Both the position numbers and the translations under genes were made by a program. A DNA stretch of 64,000 nt from the NCBI GenBank assembly GCA_038087875.1, contig CM075996.1:1862001-1926000 (forward strand), given 5' to 3'. Positions within the stretch are counted from its first letter, which is position 1; every line of letters begins with the position of its first letter. The DNA comes from Malacoraja senta. Taxonomy: Eukaryota. The notes beneath the pieces were generated by a model, which had not been told where the DNA came from, searched no databases, and saw nothing but the letters and a program-made list of their open reading frames with translations. This document shows positions 1-21,066 of this stretch, piece after piece.

Positions 1-1679
1 AGGCCAGTTCATTGGCTATATTAAGAGGGAGCTAGATGTGGCCCTTGTGGCTAAAGGGATCAGAGGGTATGGAGAGAAGGCAGGTACGGATACTGAGTTG
101 GATGATCAGCCATGATCATATTGAATGGCGGTGCAGGCTCGAAGGCCGAATGGCCTACTCCTGCACCTAATTTCTATGTGTTCTATGTCTATGTTTCGAC
201 TGGAAACCTCCTTCACCAAATCAAAGGTGGGAATTTTGGAGACAGTCTGTGGGCATGTGCGCCATAAACCCCCCCCCCCCCTCTCCCCCCTCCTCCCGCA
301 TATCTCCAAACACATGGGGATTTCCATTGGCCTGTTCAATGGAGGATCTACCAACTTCACTGACACCACTTTCCTGGGAAACCCGCGATCATGCTCACTG
401 CAAACTACCTATTGGGATTGAAGAGTCGTGGACCAGAGGGTCGTAGCCTCAAAATAAAAGGACGTTCCTTTAGACAGGAGATGAAGAAGAATTTCTTTAG
501 TCTGAGGGGTGGACTTCATTGGCCACAGAGGGCTGTGGAGGCCAAGTCAATCGATATGTTTTAAGGCGAAGATTGACAGATTCTTGACTAGTAAAGGGTG
601 TAATTGAGTTATGGGGAGAAGGCAGGAGAATGGGAGTGATAGGTCAGTCATGATTGGATGGCAGAGTAGACTTGGTGGGCCGAATGGCCTTATTCTGATC
701 CTAGAATTTATGAACTTACGAATGCATTGAAAAACCTACCCGTTCTAGACAAATGGGTGATAGGTAAAGGTTGACCTCTAAGCAATAATTTCTTCCCTTC
801 TGGGGTATGCCCCATGTGCGTACAATGTTAAGCGTTTCTATTCTCCTAATATCCTCCCATTCCTAGGCCCTCTGGTGTCCTAACTTACATTAGGGAACAT
901 TTCTATTTCACTATCTCAACCAGAATCTGTCTCCAGGCGAGCAAGGAGCAGCAAAGAGTGCTTCTTAACTCAGACGTGGATGGGCAGAAGGGGGCGGGAG
1001 GGCATCCCACTGCTTCAAGCTAACACCCCACGCAGGCCAGCATGGGTTCCAACATTTGTTCACCGCTACACGGTGAAGGTGTACCCATGAGAACGCTCCC
1101 TCACCGCTGCGCCTCTACAGAGATTGGACATCACCGCGGGGTGAAGACAGCACAGGAGAATGGTTCTGCTTAAATAACAGGGGGACACCAGGCAAGTGGG
1201 ACAAGCCTTCACATCAACCGTGTGTAGCTTCTGTCCTTAGAGATTGGATTCCCTCGCCTCCAACTCACGCCCACATCCACACCCACGGGGTCAAATCAAT
1301 GGGAATAGGGAGGAACGCCGTGAAAGAGTAGATAGTCTGTCTTTACTCTAATATACCACTCTGCTGAGTTAGAGAGTCATTGTCATAGCCCTTCGGCCCA
1401 ACTCGCCCACACTGGCCAACATGTCCCAGCTACACTCGTCCCACCTGCCTGCGTTTGGTCCATATCCCTCCAAACCTGTCCTATCCATGTACATGTCTAA
1501 CTGTTTCTTAAACGTCCCAGCCTAAACTACCTCCTCTGGCAGCTCGTTCCATACACCCACCACCCTGTGTGTGAAAAAGTTACCCCTCAGATTCCTATTA
1601 AATTATTTCCCCTTCACCTTAAGCCGAAGTCCTCGATTCTCCTACTCTGGCGAGAATGTCTCTCTATGTGAGTTAATTG

Positions 1680-4150
<2,471 letters not shown>

Positions 4151-5460
4151 CATGCACCATAACAACCGTCTCGCTGAACCATCTCACAGTCACGATTCTT
4201 GGGAATCTCTCTTTCTCTCTTCATGACGCATCCCCGGGCAGTCACGACCATCTCTTGGCGCTTTACATCAATCACGTTTTCTTTTTAATTATTATTACTT
4301 AAAAAAATAAATCAAGTGCTGGCACACAAAGTACTGGAAGTTGCCCGGTCTGAACCACGGCCAGAAGATGTACTCCGCTCCTTTCTCGCTCTGTCTAGGT
4401 TAAAGGCTGTGAGGCCATGCCTCCGTGAACAACACGGCTTGATATGTGTTATTGATGCCAACCCATCCATTGGAAAGGCTGACATTGTTTATAGTCGCCC
4501 CGTTATCTCGCGGAAACCTCAAAGTGTCGGAATCTTTATTCCCCTTTAATCTTAGAATGAATCTCCCCTTATTCTTATAATAAAGGGGAGGTCATTTAAG
4601 ACTGAGATGAGAAAAAAAAACGTTTTCACCCAGAGAGTTGTGAGTTTGTGGAATTCCCTGCCACAGAGGGCAGTGGAGGCCAAGTCACTGGATGGATTTA
4701 AGAGAGAGTTAGATAGAGCTCTAGGGGCTAGTGGAGTCAAGGATATGGGAGAAGGCAGGCACGGGGTATTGATTGGGTACACAAAAATGCTGGAGAAACT
4801 CAGCGGGTGCAGCAGCATCTATGGAGCGAAGGAAATAGGCAACGTTTCGGGCTGAACCCTTCTTCAGATAGGGGACGATCAGCCATGATCACAATGAATG
4901 GCGGTGCTGGCTCGAAGGGCCGAATGGCCTCCTCCTGCATCTATTTTCTATGTTTCTATGAATCCTTACATCACAAAGTGCTGGAGTTGCTCAGAGGGTC
5001 AGACAACATCTCTGGAGGACCTCGGACGGTCGACGTTTCGGGTCGGGGTGGGCCAGATGCTGCCGACCCGTTCAGTTACTCCAGCACGTTGTGTTCTGAA
5101 CCTTATTACAGTCTCTCGCGAATCCATGAGAATCCTTCCCCCGCCTCAGCTCGGGAGACCTTGCAATTTCCATTCGCTAACCAGGGACTTGCCGACCGAG
5201 CCTCGACTCAATGGGTGCAGGAAGGAACTGCAGATGCTGGTTTTAGACACAAAATGCTGGAGTAACTCAGCGGGACAGGCATCATCTCTGGAGAGAAGGA
5301 GTGGGCGACGTTTCGGGTCCAGACCCCTTCTTCAGACTGAGAGTCAAGGGGAAAGGGAAGCGAGAGATACAGACGGCGATGTAGAGAGATAGAGAACACA
5401 TGAATTAAATATATGCACAGCATTAATGATGGTAAAGGAAATAGGCCATTGTTAGCTGTT

Positions 5461-6503
<1,043 letters not shown>

Positions 6504-9051
6504 TAGCTGTTGGCTGGGTGAGAACAAGAAGCCGGTGCGACTTGGGTGGGGGAGGGATGGAGAGAGAGGGAATGCCGGGGTTACTTGCATAGGTTCACTC
6601 CGGAGATGGTGCCTGTCCCGCTGAGTTACTCTAGCATTTTGTGTCTCAGCACTCGTTGCCCACTTTTACCATTACATTGTCAATGTCCTTGCATATTGAC
6701 TGAGGCAGCCGGAACATTGACACCTCTTGGTGGGGGGAGGAGAGGGGGGGGGGGAGTCACATTCCAGAAACGTTCTGTAAATGGGACATGTTGGCCGGTG
6801 TGAGCAAGTTGGGCCGAGGGGGCCTGTTTCCACGCTGTATCAATCCATGACTCTAAATGAGGAAAATGGACTCGATGCGGACAACCTAAGATTACATTCA
6901 ATGGAAAGATAAAGGCTTTGAAACGTTTTAGTTAAGAAAGTCCCATCATCTACTCCTCACGCCCCTCACCATTCCACTACCAGCAAATATATAGTTGCGC
7001 TGGTTTCTGTATTTGCAGGTGTCGTATAATGAGTTAATGGTTTGATTAATGGAACACGTAGCATATTTAGACAGTAGTTTTACGGTGCCCATCAATCAAA
7101 ATCTTACATTCATCAGAATAGTTTGTGATACTGAGACATTCATATTATTTTGCCTCCTGTTTATGGCAAACAGACACAGCCACATGTATACAATATAACC
7201 CTCTCCTCATACTGATGCTAAGCCATCCCTGCCTGACCCATCAGGAACCATTACTCAGCCCAGCAGAAAAGGATGGGTTCCCAGCTACCTTGCTAGTCAC
7301 ACTTTTATAGTCTCACAGCATCGACAATTATCCAAGGGTTCCCCGAGCCTCTGCCGACCATCAAGCACCCATTTACATCAATCCCATGTTCAAGTTCAAC
7401 TTCAAGTTTCCTTTATTGTCATTCAGACCTTTCGGTCTGAACGAAATTGTGATGCCTGCAGTCATACACAGAACCAATAATAACAAAACATACAATAAAC
7501 ACAAATTAAACATCCACCACAGTGAGTTCACCAAGCACACCCTCACTGTGATGGAGGCAAAGTCTTAGTCTGTTATTCCCATTGCAATCTTCCCACCTTC
7601 CCCATAACCCTTCGTCCTCCCTGGTTCTACCACACAGCTGCACCAAGGGACAGTTTACGAGGGCAATTAACCCCCCCAACCAAGGTGTCCATGGAACGTA
7701 GGATGGCGGCTGACGTGGTCACAGGGAGAAGTTGGCAACGCCACATGGGCAAGGCTAGAGGTCAGGGTCGAACCCAGTTTGGCGATGCCACGAGGCAGTG
7801 ACTCTACTCACTGCACCACCATGCCACTGCATTCCTGTCCCTCCCTCGGTAGAGACCACCCCGTGGGACCAGCAGGAGTTGGTAGATGGACATTCAGTTG
7901 GCAGTGGTACCAACTGAGTTGTCTTTTGTAAATACCCGGAGACACAGGAAACTGCAGATAGACTCATAGTCATTGAGGCATACAGTGTAGATAAAGGTCC
8001 TTTGGCCCAAATTGCCCACTGCGCCCAACATGTCCCATTTATCTAGTCCCACTTGCCTGCATTTGGCTCATATCCCTCTAAACCTGTCCTATCCATGTAC
8101 CTGTCTAATTGCTTCTTAAACATTGGGATAGGCCCTGCCTCAACCACCACCTCTGGCAGCTCGTTCCATACACCCACCTGTGTGAAAACTGTGTGAAATC
8201 AGATGCTGCAATCTTGAGCAAAGCACAAAGTGCTGCAAATACTTTTGTAAACATCTCTTTATCATCAACATCTCTTTATCATCAACATAACTTGTACAAG
8301 ACACTGATAAATGGAACCGGAGCCAGTGAAACGTTGGACTGATTAGATGAGTTGGCTCCTTGGCTGGTCATTAATGTGTTGGGATTCATTCAGCTAATTT
8401 ATAAATTGCACTCAGTAAAGCGCGTCGATACTGAGGGAAATGTTAGAGAGGAAAACAACCAAAACTCAAAAAGTAAAGAAGCAGAATAAACCAGGAGAGA
8501 AGCTGCAGTGAATGGAATGGAATGGGTTGGGTTGGGATGAGGGGAATGCATGAAGAGAGAAGAGTTTGAAGAGTTAGATGATAAGACGATTGTTTTGGAT
8601 GGACTTTAGGCAAAATGGCCTTTATCGTTATTGCATGAAATGTCAGTCTGTTCATATATTAGGCCTGTATGTACACCTGCTGATCTAAATAGATCAAGGT
8701 TATAGTATAAGCAAAAACAGGTTGGTCGCTTCCATTGAGATTATCTCTGACTCATGAATACAGTTCGGTAAATCACGGTGAACGTATTATTGAGCAATGT
8801 TTGGCATCTGGCTGTTTTTATTTAACTGTTTTCAGGTCCAAGGAAACAATGTGAATCTCTCTGCTCCTGAAAGAGTTAGCTGTGATTATTGGCCCCAAAG
8901 GAGATGGTGAATGGTTTGACATCATCACACAATGCAGAGTGCACCTTGCTGGTTGGAGAACATGTTTCATACTTACTTTCCCTCCTGATGGGTAGGTACA
9001 GAAGGGGCACTGGTCTGGTGGCTTCACATACCTGTTCATAGTCATTAAGGA

Positions 9052-10827
<1,776 letters not shown>

Positions 10828-12690
10828 GAATAAGGGAGAACGATGAAAATAATTAACAGATTATACCCTGAGGAATCTCAGCGCTCTTGGGTTTATAAAG
10901 TGTAGAAGGGGATAAAAATCTGCAGTTTTTTTTCACATTCTCCAGAGCTTCTGCTGGAGAAGCATGTTTGCAGAAATTGGGTGACAATAGTTCTGCCTGG
11001 GTTGCAGCTAACAATCCAATGTTTAGTTCTCACAAGGAAAACATCCAACTCCACATTGGTGGAACCCTGGTACTTATGACGGTCATGAGAAAATAATAAA
11101 TCAACAATATCTATCATCATATCTCCACGTGTCAATGAGTATTCACACTGATCTTTATCCCTCAACATTCTTTGGTCAAGATGATCCAATACTTAGGCTC
11201 AGTTGAACTATGTGCGACTGACGGTGAGGTGTAACTGAATTGAATTGATTGAATTGAATACATTTTATTAGCCAAATAGGTATATATACAAGGAATTTGC
11301 CTTGGTGATTGGCCACATCCAAGAGACTTCAATGAGATATAGGATTATTTCGTTGAATCTTATTTTACTCTTTGGTATTTTAAGTACGTTCATTTTAAGA
11401 TTAAAATAAAAATAATAAAAGACAAACAAAAACATATTAATAAAAATAAAAGGATTTCTTCTACAAAATTTGGATTCATTCAAAAGGCTGCATTTAATGG
11501 CCTAGAAGGCTGCATTCAGCCTTAAGGCCGCAGGTTCCCCACCCCTGCCCTATTGTGTATAGGGTAGTGTTAATGTGCGAGGATCACTGGTCGGTGTGGA
11601 CTCGGTGGGCCGAAGGGCCTGTTTCCGCGCTGTATCACTAAACTAAACTAAACGAAAGTCTAGGAAGTCTGTGTGGAAGTCAATAAGCTAACCAGAAAAC
11701 CCAACAGGTCACGGCACGGACCACTGACTTGCGATGATAAATGCTCACTCATGCCTTCATTACTGTTTCACAGCCAATGTCATGTGTTTTTTTGTATCAG
11801 TTTGGAAACTATCGCAGTGTAGGGAAAAGATGCACACACCAAGCTTCCAAACACTGCTAGAAAGAAAGGAAGAAAGCATGAAGTTGTATTTACGCAGAGC
11901 CATTGCAATCTTTGTACGTCGCGACATGTTTTACAGGCGATGAAATCTTTAGAGGTCTGGGCCTGTGTTGTAAGGGCAGTCATTTTGTACACTGTTGAAC
12001 AAGCAGCCTTGAGACCAGGTAATACGCTTCAGGTGGATCAAGTGATACATTTTTGTTCCGCCGTTGCTCTTTCAATCGAGCCCCTTATTCCCACAGGAAG
12101 GAACCACAAAGGGGAATGCTGAGAGAAGCCCACATTGACAGAGCCACATGATGCCCATGAGTTCTCTGGAGCAGATTTTGATCCACAGGTGATACACCAC
12201 AGGGAAATACCACTCGAGGGGAAAAAGTCAATGTGAGGCAGCAGCTCTACCGCTGCGCCACTGTGCCCCGAGCTTTAAGGGGCAACGTTTAAAGGAGATT
12301 TTGTTTTTACAGTGGGTGCCTGGAACACACTGGTGGTGGTGGAGGCTGATATGAAAGTGGCATTTACTGCAAAAAAGTCTCTTAGATAGGCAGATGTATA
12401 AGCAGGATATGATGGGATACGGATCATGTACAGGCAATGAAGAGTGTGACTAGGCATCGTGTTCAGCACATACATTGCGGGCCGAATGGCCTGTAGCTGT
12501 GCTGTTCTGTTCTATGTTCCATCCATCTGATAGAACATGTGACATACATGTATGTGGCCTGCTAACACTCCATGCCTTTAACCACATTGAGGAACATCTG
12601 CTTGTGATGTGGTGTCAGGGTGAAGCCTTTCCCATTGGGAGAACGCCACAAATAGACAAAACTGGGTGGTTTAAAATGAAACCTTATCTT

Positions 12691-12744
12691 GGGGTGGGAG
12701 ATTGCAACCTTCACCTGGTCCGCCCTGTTTCGACGAATGCAATC
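12691..12744 (+). ncRNA. Minimal HDV-like self-cleaving ribozyme (predicted)
   Basis: P1 GGGGUGG/CCGCCCU (G1.U wobble), P2 GAUUGCA/UGCAAUC, P3 ACC/GGU, L3 UUCACCU, G for P1.1, vestigial P4 U-UUCG-A, J4/2 CGAA with the catalytic-position C at 12734. Confidence 0.75.
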
Positions 12745-12830
12745 AACCCGGCGTGCACAATCAAATAAGATCAAATAGAACTAGGTGTCGTACAACTTTA
12801 GGCTGTGCACGCCATACGCAAGAAGAAGAA
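12691..12830 (+). mobile_element. Short non-autonomous retroposon headed by an HDV-like ribozyme, (GAA)n tail
   Basis: 13-bp TSD GAAACCTTATCTT (12678-12690 / 12831-12843); 5' 54 nt fold as an HDV-like double pseudoknot; 3' stem GGCGTGCACA/TGTGCACGCC; ends ccatacgcaagaagaagaa. Confidence 0.85.
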
Positions 12831-13775
12831 GAAACCTTATCTTCTGTTTGAATGAACAAGGGGAAACTCCAAAATGGATTGTGCCTCCATCTCAGTCTGA
12901 AGATGGGAACTGGCCCAAAACGTCACCTATCCATATTCTTACGAGATGCTGCCTGACTCGCTGAGTTTCTCCAGCACTTTGTGTTTTTCCTTGGTAAACG
13001 AGTATCGGTAGGGTGAGAAAAACATTTTTCACACACAGAGTGGTGAATCTGTGGAATTCTCTGCCACAGAATGTAGTTGAGGCCAGTTCATTGGCTATAT
13101 TTAAGAGGGAGTTAGATGTGGCCCTTGTGGCTAAAGGGATCAGGGGGTATGGAGAGAAGGCAGGTACAGGATACTGAGTTCGATGATCAGCCATGATCAT
13201 ATTGAATGGCGGTGCAGGCTCGAAGGGCCGAATGGCCTACTCCTGCACCTATTTTCTATGTTTCTATGTTTCTATCTGCAGGTCCTTGTATCAACTACTT
13301 CAAAATGGATTCTTTTATACGGCCTACCTTGTCCATGAATAGGTGGGATAACTTGTGACCAGTGACCTGTGTTCATTGTTCTTTATCTCTCTACATCATC
13401 ATCTATATCTATCATTTCCCTTATCCCTAACCAGTCTGAAGAAGGGTCTCAACCCAAAACGTCACCTATACCTCCTATCCAGAGATGCTGCCTGTCCCAC
13501 TGAATTACTCAAGCATTTACCTTGTTGGTAGGATGGTTCAGTTACCTGATAACAGCTTTCTGTTGGGAACAAAGGATTAGGCTTTAAGTGGGAATACTGG
13601 GTTGGTTAACATCGATGTTCCTGAGCCAATGTCCTTATGGTTCCAGTCAACTCGGTTTATAGGTAAATTGGCTTGGTGTAAATGTAAATTGTCCCCAGTG
13701 TGTGGAGAATAGTGTAAGTGTGGTCGGCGTGGATGGTGGGCTGAAGAGCATGTTTCTGCATTGTATCTCTAAAGT

Positions 13776-14633
<858 letters not shown>

Positions 14634-16761
14634 GATGGAGAGATAGGGAAAGCAAGGCTTTGAAGTTAGTATTTTTGTGTTAATTGGATCAACAGGCCCT
14701 GTAAAGATGCAGCAAGCAAGAATTTGTGTTCCGTTTTCAGTACCTATGATAATTAAACACTTTAAACTCTTGACACTCATGCACACTCATAATTCACACG
14801 CATATGCGTAAATGCACACATACATAAACATGGGCTGGCAAACACACACACATACATGTACATTATAACACACACAAACACACACACACGTGCACACACA
14901 CACAAATACAGAAACACACAAAGATGTACGCAATGACAGAGAGTTTTATGCATTAAAATGTTATTTTCAATCCTTCCACAATTTCACTCAAATAGTTCAT
15001 TTATCACTCTGGAATGAGAAAAGTATCAAGAAACAAATGTCACTGCCCAATGGAGTGTTTGTTCGTTACCTTTTATTTAAACCCTACAATCATGACAAAA
15101 TGGTACATCAGTCGGTGAGTATTCTGAATGTTGAAACAGTGAAACATGTTGTGAGGAATACTCCACACAATGGCCTTGCGATTGCATTGTGTGAAATGAT
15201 AACATGAATATTTATCATGTGCATTTCAAAAGAGGACATACTTCACACACACAGAGGGTGGTGGGTGTATGGAACGAGCTGCCGGAGGAGGTAGTTGAGG
15301 CAGGGAGTATCCCAATGCTTAAGAAGCAGTTAAACAGGTACATGGATAGGACAAGTTTGGAAGGATATGGGCCAAACGCAGGTAGGTGGGACTAGCGTAG
15401 CTGGGACATTGTTGGCCAGTGTGGGCAAGTTGGGCCAAAGGGCCTGTTTCCACGCTGTATCACTCTATGACTATGACAGATTTATAGAGCACCATGCACA
15501 ATTTCAAGAGCAATCCAATGTGTTTTGCCGCCTGTTAAATATTATTCTGAATTGCCATCACCACGGGTCATGAAGGAAATGGCACAGTGGGTTTCTGCAG
15601 AGCAAGAGCCTACAACAGCACGAGAAAACAGGACCAAGCTCTTTAAGCCTGTCCCGCCATTCAATATGATCATTCAGTTCTGAAATTGAATACAATGGCC
15701 TCAATTTCTCTATGTTAGTTCCCCAAAATCTCCATTGCTTAATTTCCCAGATCACTACTTTAATTAAATATACTCCCAGGAGCGAGTGGGTTAATGTACG
15801 ATGAGCGTTTGACGGCACTGGGCCTGTACGCGCTGGAGTTTAGAAGGATGAGGGGCGGGACCTCATTGAAACTTACCGAATAGTGAAAGGCCTGGATAGA
15901 GTGGATGTGGAGAGGATGTTTCCATTGGTGGGAGAGTTTAGGACCAGAGGGCACAGCCTCAGAATTAAAGGACATACCTTTGGGAAGAAGATGAGGAGGA
16001 ATTACTTTAGTCCGACGATGGAGAATCTGTGGAATTGACTGCTATTGAAAGCTGTGGAGGCCACAAGTCAATGGATATTTTTAAGGCAGAGATAGATAGA
16101 TTCTTGATTAGAACGGGTGTCAGAGATAATGGGCCGGATAAGGCAGGAGAATGGGGTTAAGTGGGAGAGATAAATAAGCCATGATTGAACGGTGGAGGGG
16201 ACTTGATGGGCCGAATGGCCTAATTCTGCTTTTATCCCATGTATTTATCAATTTAATCACCATCTTTATTGCTTGGGTCCTATGCAAGGACTTTGTTTCT
16301 GGACAAGTTGTGCTACAATGTTGAGAACTGTATTCTACACTCTATATCTTTCCTTTCACTCTACCAATTGTACTTGAGTTAGGCTTGATTTCATCTAGGT
16401 ATAAGTGTTATCTGTGTTGATTGAACAACATACATGACAAAACCTTTCACTCTACCTCGGCACACCCAACAGTAAGTAACCAAACCCTAAAGCTGGATGT
16501 TAATCAGCTGTGGTTTGATTAGAGAACTTGTTCCATGGTTACAATAGAATACATATTTCCTGAGTTTATTTGTAAAGGACTTGTTTATGTCAACCACAAA
16601 ATTCTGCTATGTTACCGATAGTTCCAAATTTACATGTTCCACGTCATTCTGGATTACGTTAATCCCCAGTTAATCTTGGTCAACTAGGAAACACGTTTTA
16701 AACAAGGGGGGAATATCTGTTAGGAAGACTGACTGGATTATAATGAATTATTTTAGTTATT

Positions 16762-18783
<2,022 letters not shown>

Positions 18784-19679
18784 GCCTTAAATTAGAGGAG
18801 GTCACTTCACAGTCACTGAGATATTTCACCTTCTGGTAGCAATTAGATCTTCCTTCACATCTTGAAAAATCCCTCCATGTTTGGATCCTAATCCCAGGAT
18901 AAATTTGCCCATTCTTATAGGGGAAAACTGAAGCCTCTTAGCTCGGGTTGGTGAAGCACTTGAATCCCACTTCACCCAACACTGCATCGGGAAGATCAAT
19001 TGTTAGTCCAACTCCTGTGGATTTTCTAGGTGTGAGACGCAGATGGAGGATGGTGATGGTGATGGCTAAAAGCATCGTATACTACTACACCCTCCTTACC
19101 TTAGCCTAACCATGAACATTGATTATATTTTAAGAATATTTAAAGTGTGTTAATGGTGTATTGAGATGCGGTTGCTTCCACAATGGGATTATGAAGATAC
19201 ACACATCGACAAGCAGTAACAATAATGACACTAAGGATGACTTCCAGAGTAAAAATCCGCAACCACCTAGATGATTAGAAGTATGTTGTGCATTTAGTAG
19301 CAAAATGTTAATAATGAACGAGGAGTTGATTCTGGCAGGAGCGTCGATTATTCGGGATTCTCAGACCCACTGGGAGATGAACATCACAGTACATCTCGGG
19401 GATTTTACAAATTACTGCAGAGTGTACGAGGGAGAAAAAGAGGGAGGACAGATGGAATGAGGGGTTAAGAGAAGGGAAAGGAGTTGAATGGGGGGAAAGC
19501 TGATAGAGGAAATAATGGATAGAGAAAGAGAGAAATAGAGAGCAGAAAATGAGGGGGGAAATGAGATGGGACGAGAGAAGGAAGGAATTGAATAGCGGAA
19601 CAGAAAGGCAGGAGTGAACAGAAAGGGAAATAAAGAAGTGAAGAGTAAGAATAAAAGGACGTATGGAATAGAGCGAAAG

Positions 19680-19684
19680 AAAGA

Positions 19685-19748
<64 letters not shown>

Positions 19749-19755
19749 GAGAGAG

Positions 19756-19786
<31 letters not shown>

Positions 19787-19803
19787 AAGAGGGGTCAGAG
19801 AGA

Positions 19804-19840
<37 letters not shown>

Positions 19841-19849
19841 GGAGAGAGA

Positions 19850-19931
<82 letters not shown>

Positions 19932-20002
19932 AGGGAGAGAGAGATAACGAGAAAGGGAGAGAGAGAGAGAGATGGGGGGGGAGAGAGAGGGAGAGAGAGA
20001 GA
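19680..20002. repeat. (GA)n polypurine tract
   Basis: Directly visible; purine-rich from ~19430. Confidence 0.95.
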
Positions 20003-20866
20003 AATTAATGTTGAATTGCTAAACTTGCTATTCTGTTGTACTGCTTACAGCTGCAAGAACGTGTAGCAATCAATAAATGGCTATAGGTGTATTGCGAGTA
20101 TATATATATATATGTACAGGGGCATATCTATCCATGCACTGTATACGTATTTATATATATGCATTTTAAATATGTATATTATGTTTTATACGTTGGCAAT
20201 AAAACGATGTATTTTATCATGCCAATAACGTTTTTAAAATTTGAAATTGAAAAATTGAAATTGAGAGTATAACTACAAAATATACGTGGGCAGGCAAAAA
20301 AACACATGGAAAAAACCAGTCTCCTACATACGGGGGGGATGGATGGAGTATAAGAACCGCTCAAAATGCAAAAGTGGAGAAGTAGTGAGGGGGCAGACAG
20401 GGGAAGCCAGTGAGTGAGTGAGTGAGTGAGTGAGTGAGTGAGTGAGTGAGAAGAAAGAGCGGATCTTTGGGTTGAGGCAGAGAGAGGCAGCGAGAATCAG
20501 AGTGAAGAATACACACATCACAAAACAGGGAATAATCTGTAGCTGGCCAATCTGAATGAAAGAGTAAACATTGGCTAAAGATATATACATATATCGCCTG
20601 CAACACGATTTCAACAGGTTTACTCTCTAAATCCACCCAGTCGCTCTCTCTGCGCAGTGCTGCGATCGTAATTCTTTGCATCATCAGTGATCTGGAGTTA
20701 ACGCTCACCCAAGGAGCTCCAGCCACAAATAAACGCTTTATAAAAGACGCTATTTTTCTTAATGCAAAACTGTTTGCCCGGAGTTAAAAAATAAAAAAAA
20801 AATCGCAATGGGAAATGAATTAGAAAATGCTGAATATGGAGGGGAAATGCATCGACTTACCTGTGA

Positions 20867-21066
20867 NNNNNNNNNNNNNNNNNNNNNNNNNNNNNNNNNN
20901 NNNNNNNNNNNNNNNNNNNNNNNNNNNNNNNNNNNNNNNNNNNNNNNNNNNNNNNNNNNNNNNNNNNNNNNNNNNNNNNNNNNNNNNNNNNNNNNNNNNN
21001 NNNNNNNNNNNNNNNNNNNNNNNNNNNNNNNNNNNNNNNNNNNNNNNNNNNNNNNNNNNNNNNNNN
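20867..21066. other. Assembly gap (200 N)
   Basis: Run of N; the round length suggests a scaffolding placeholder of unknown true size. Confidence 0.98.

Noticed and set aside
8836..8991. Exon-like segment with good acceptor and donor on the + strand
   Set aside because: The frame I checked has a stop and there are no partner exons; could be a lncRNA exon, but this cannot be supported from sequence alone.
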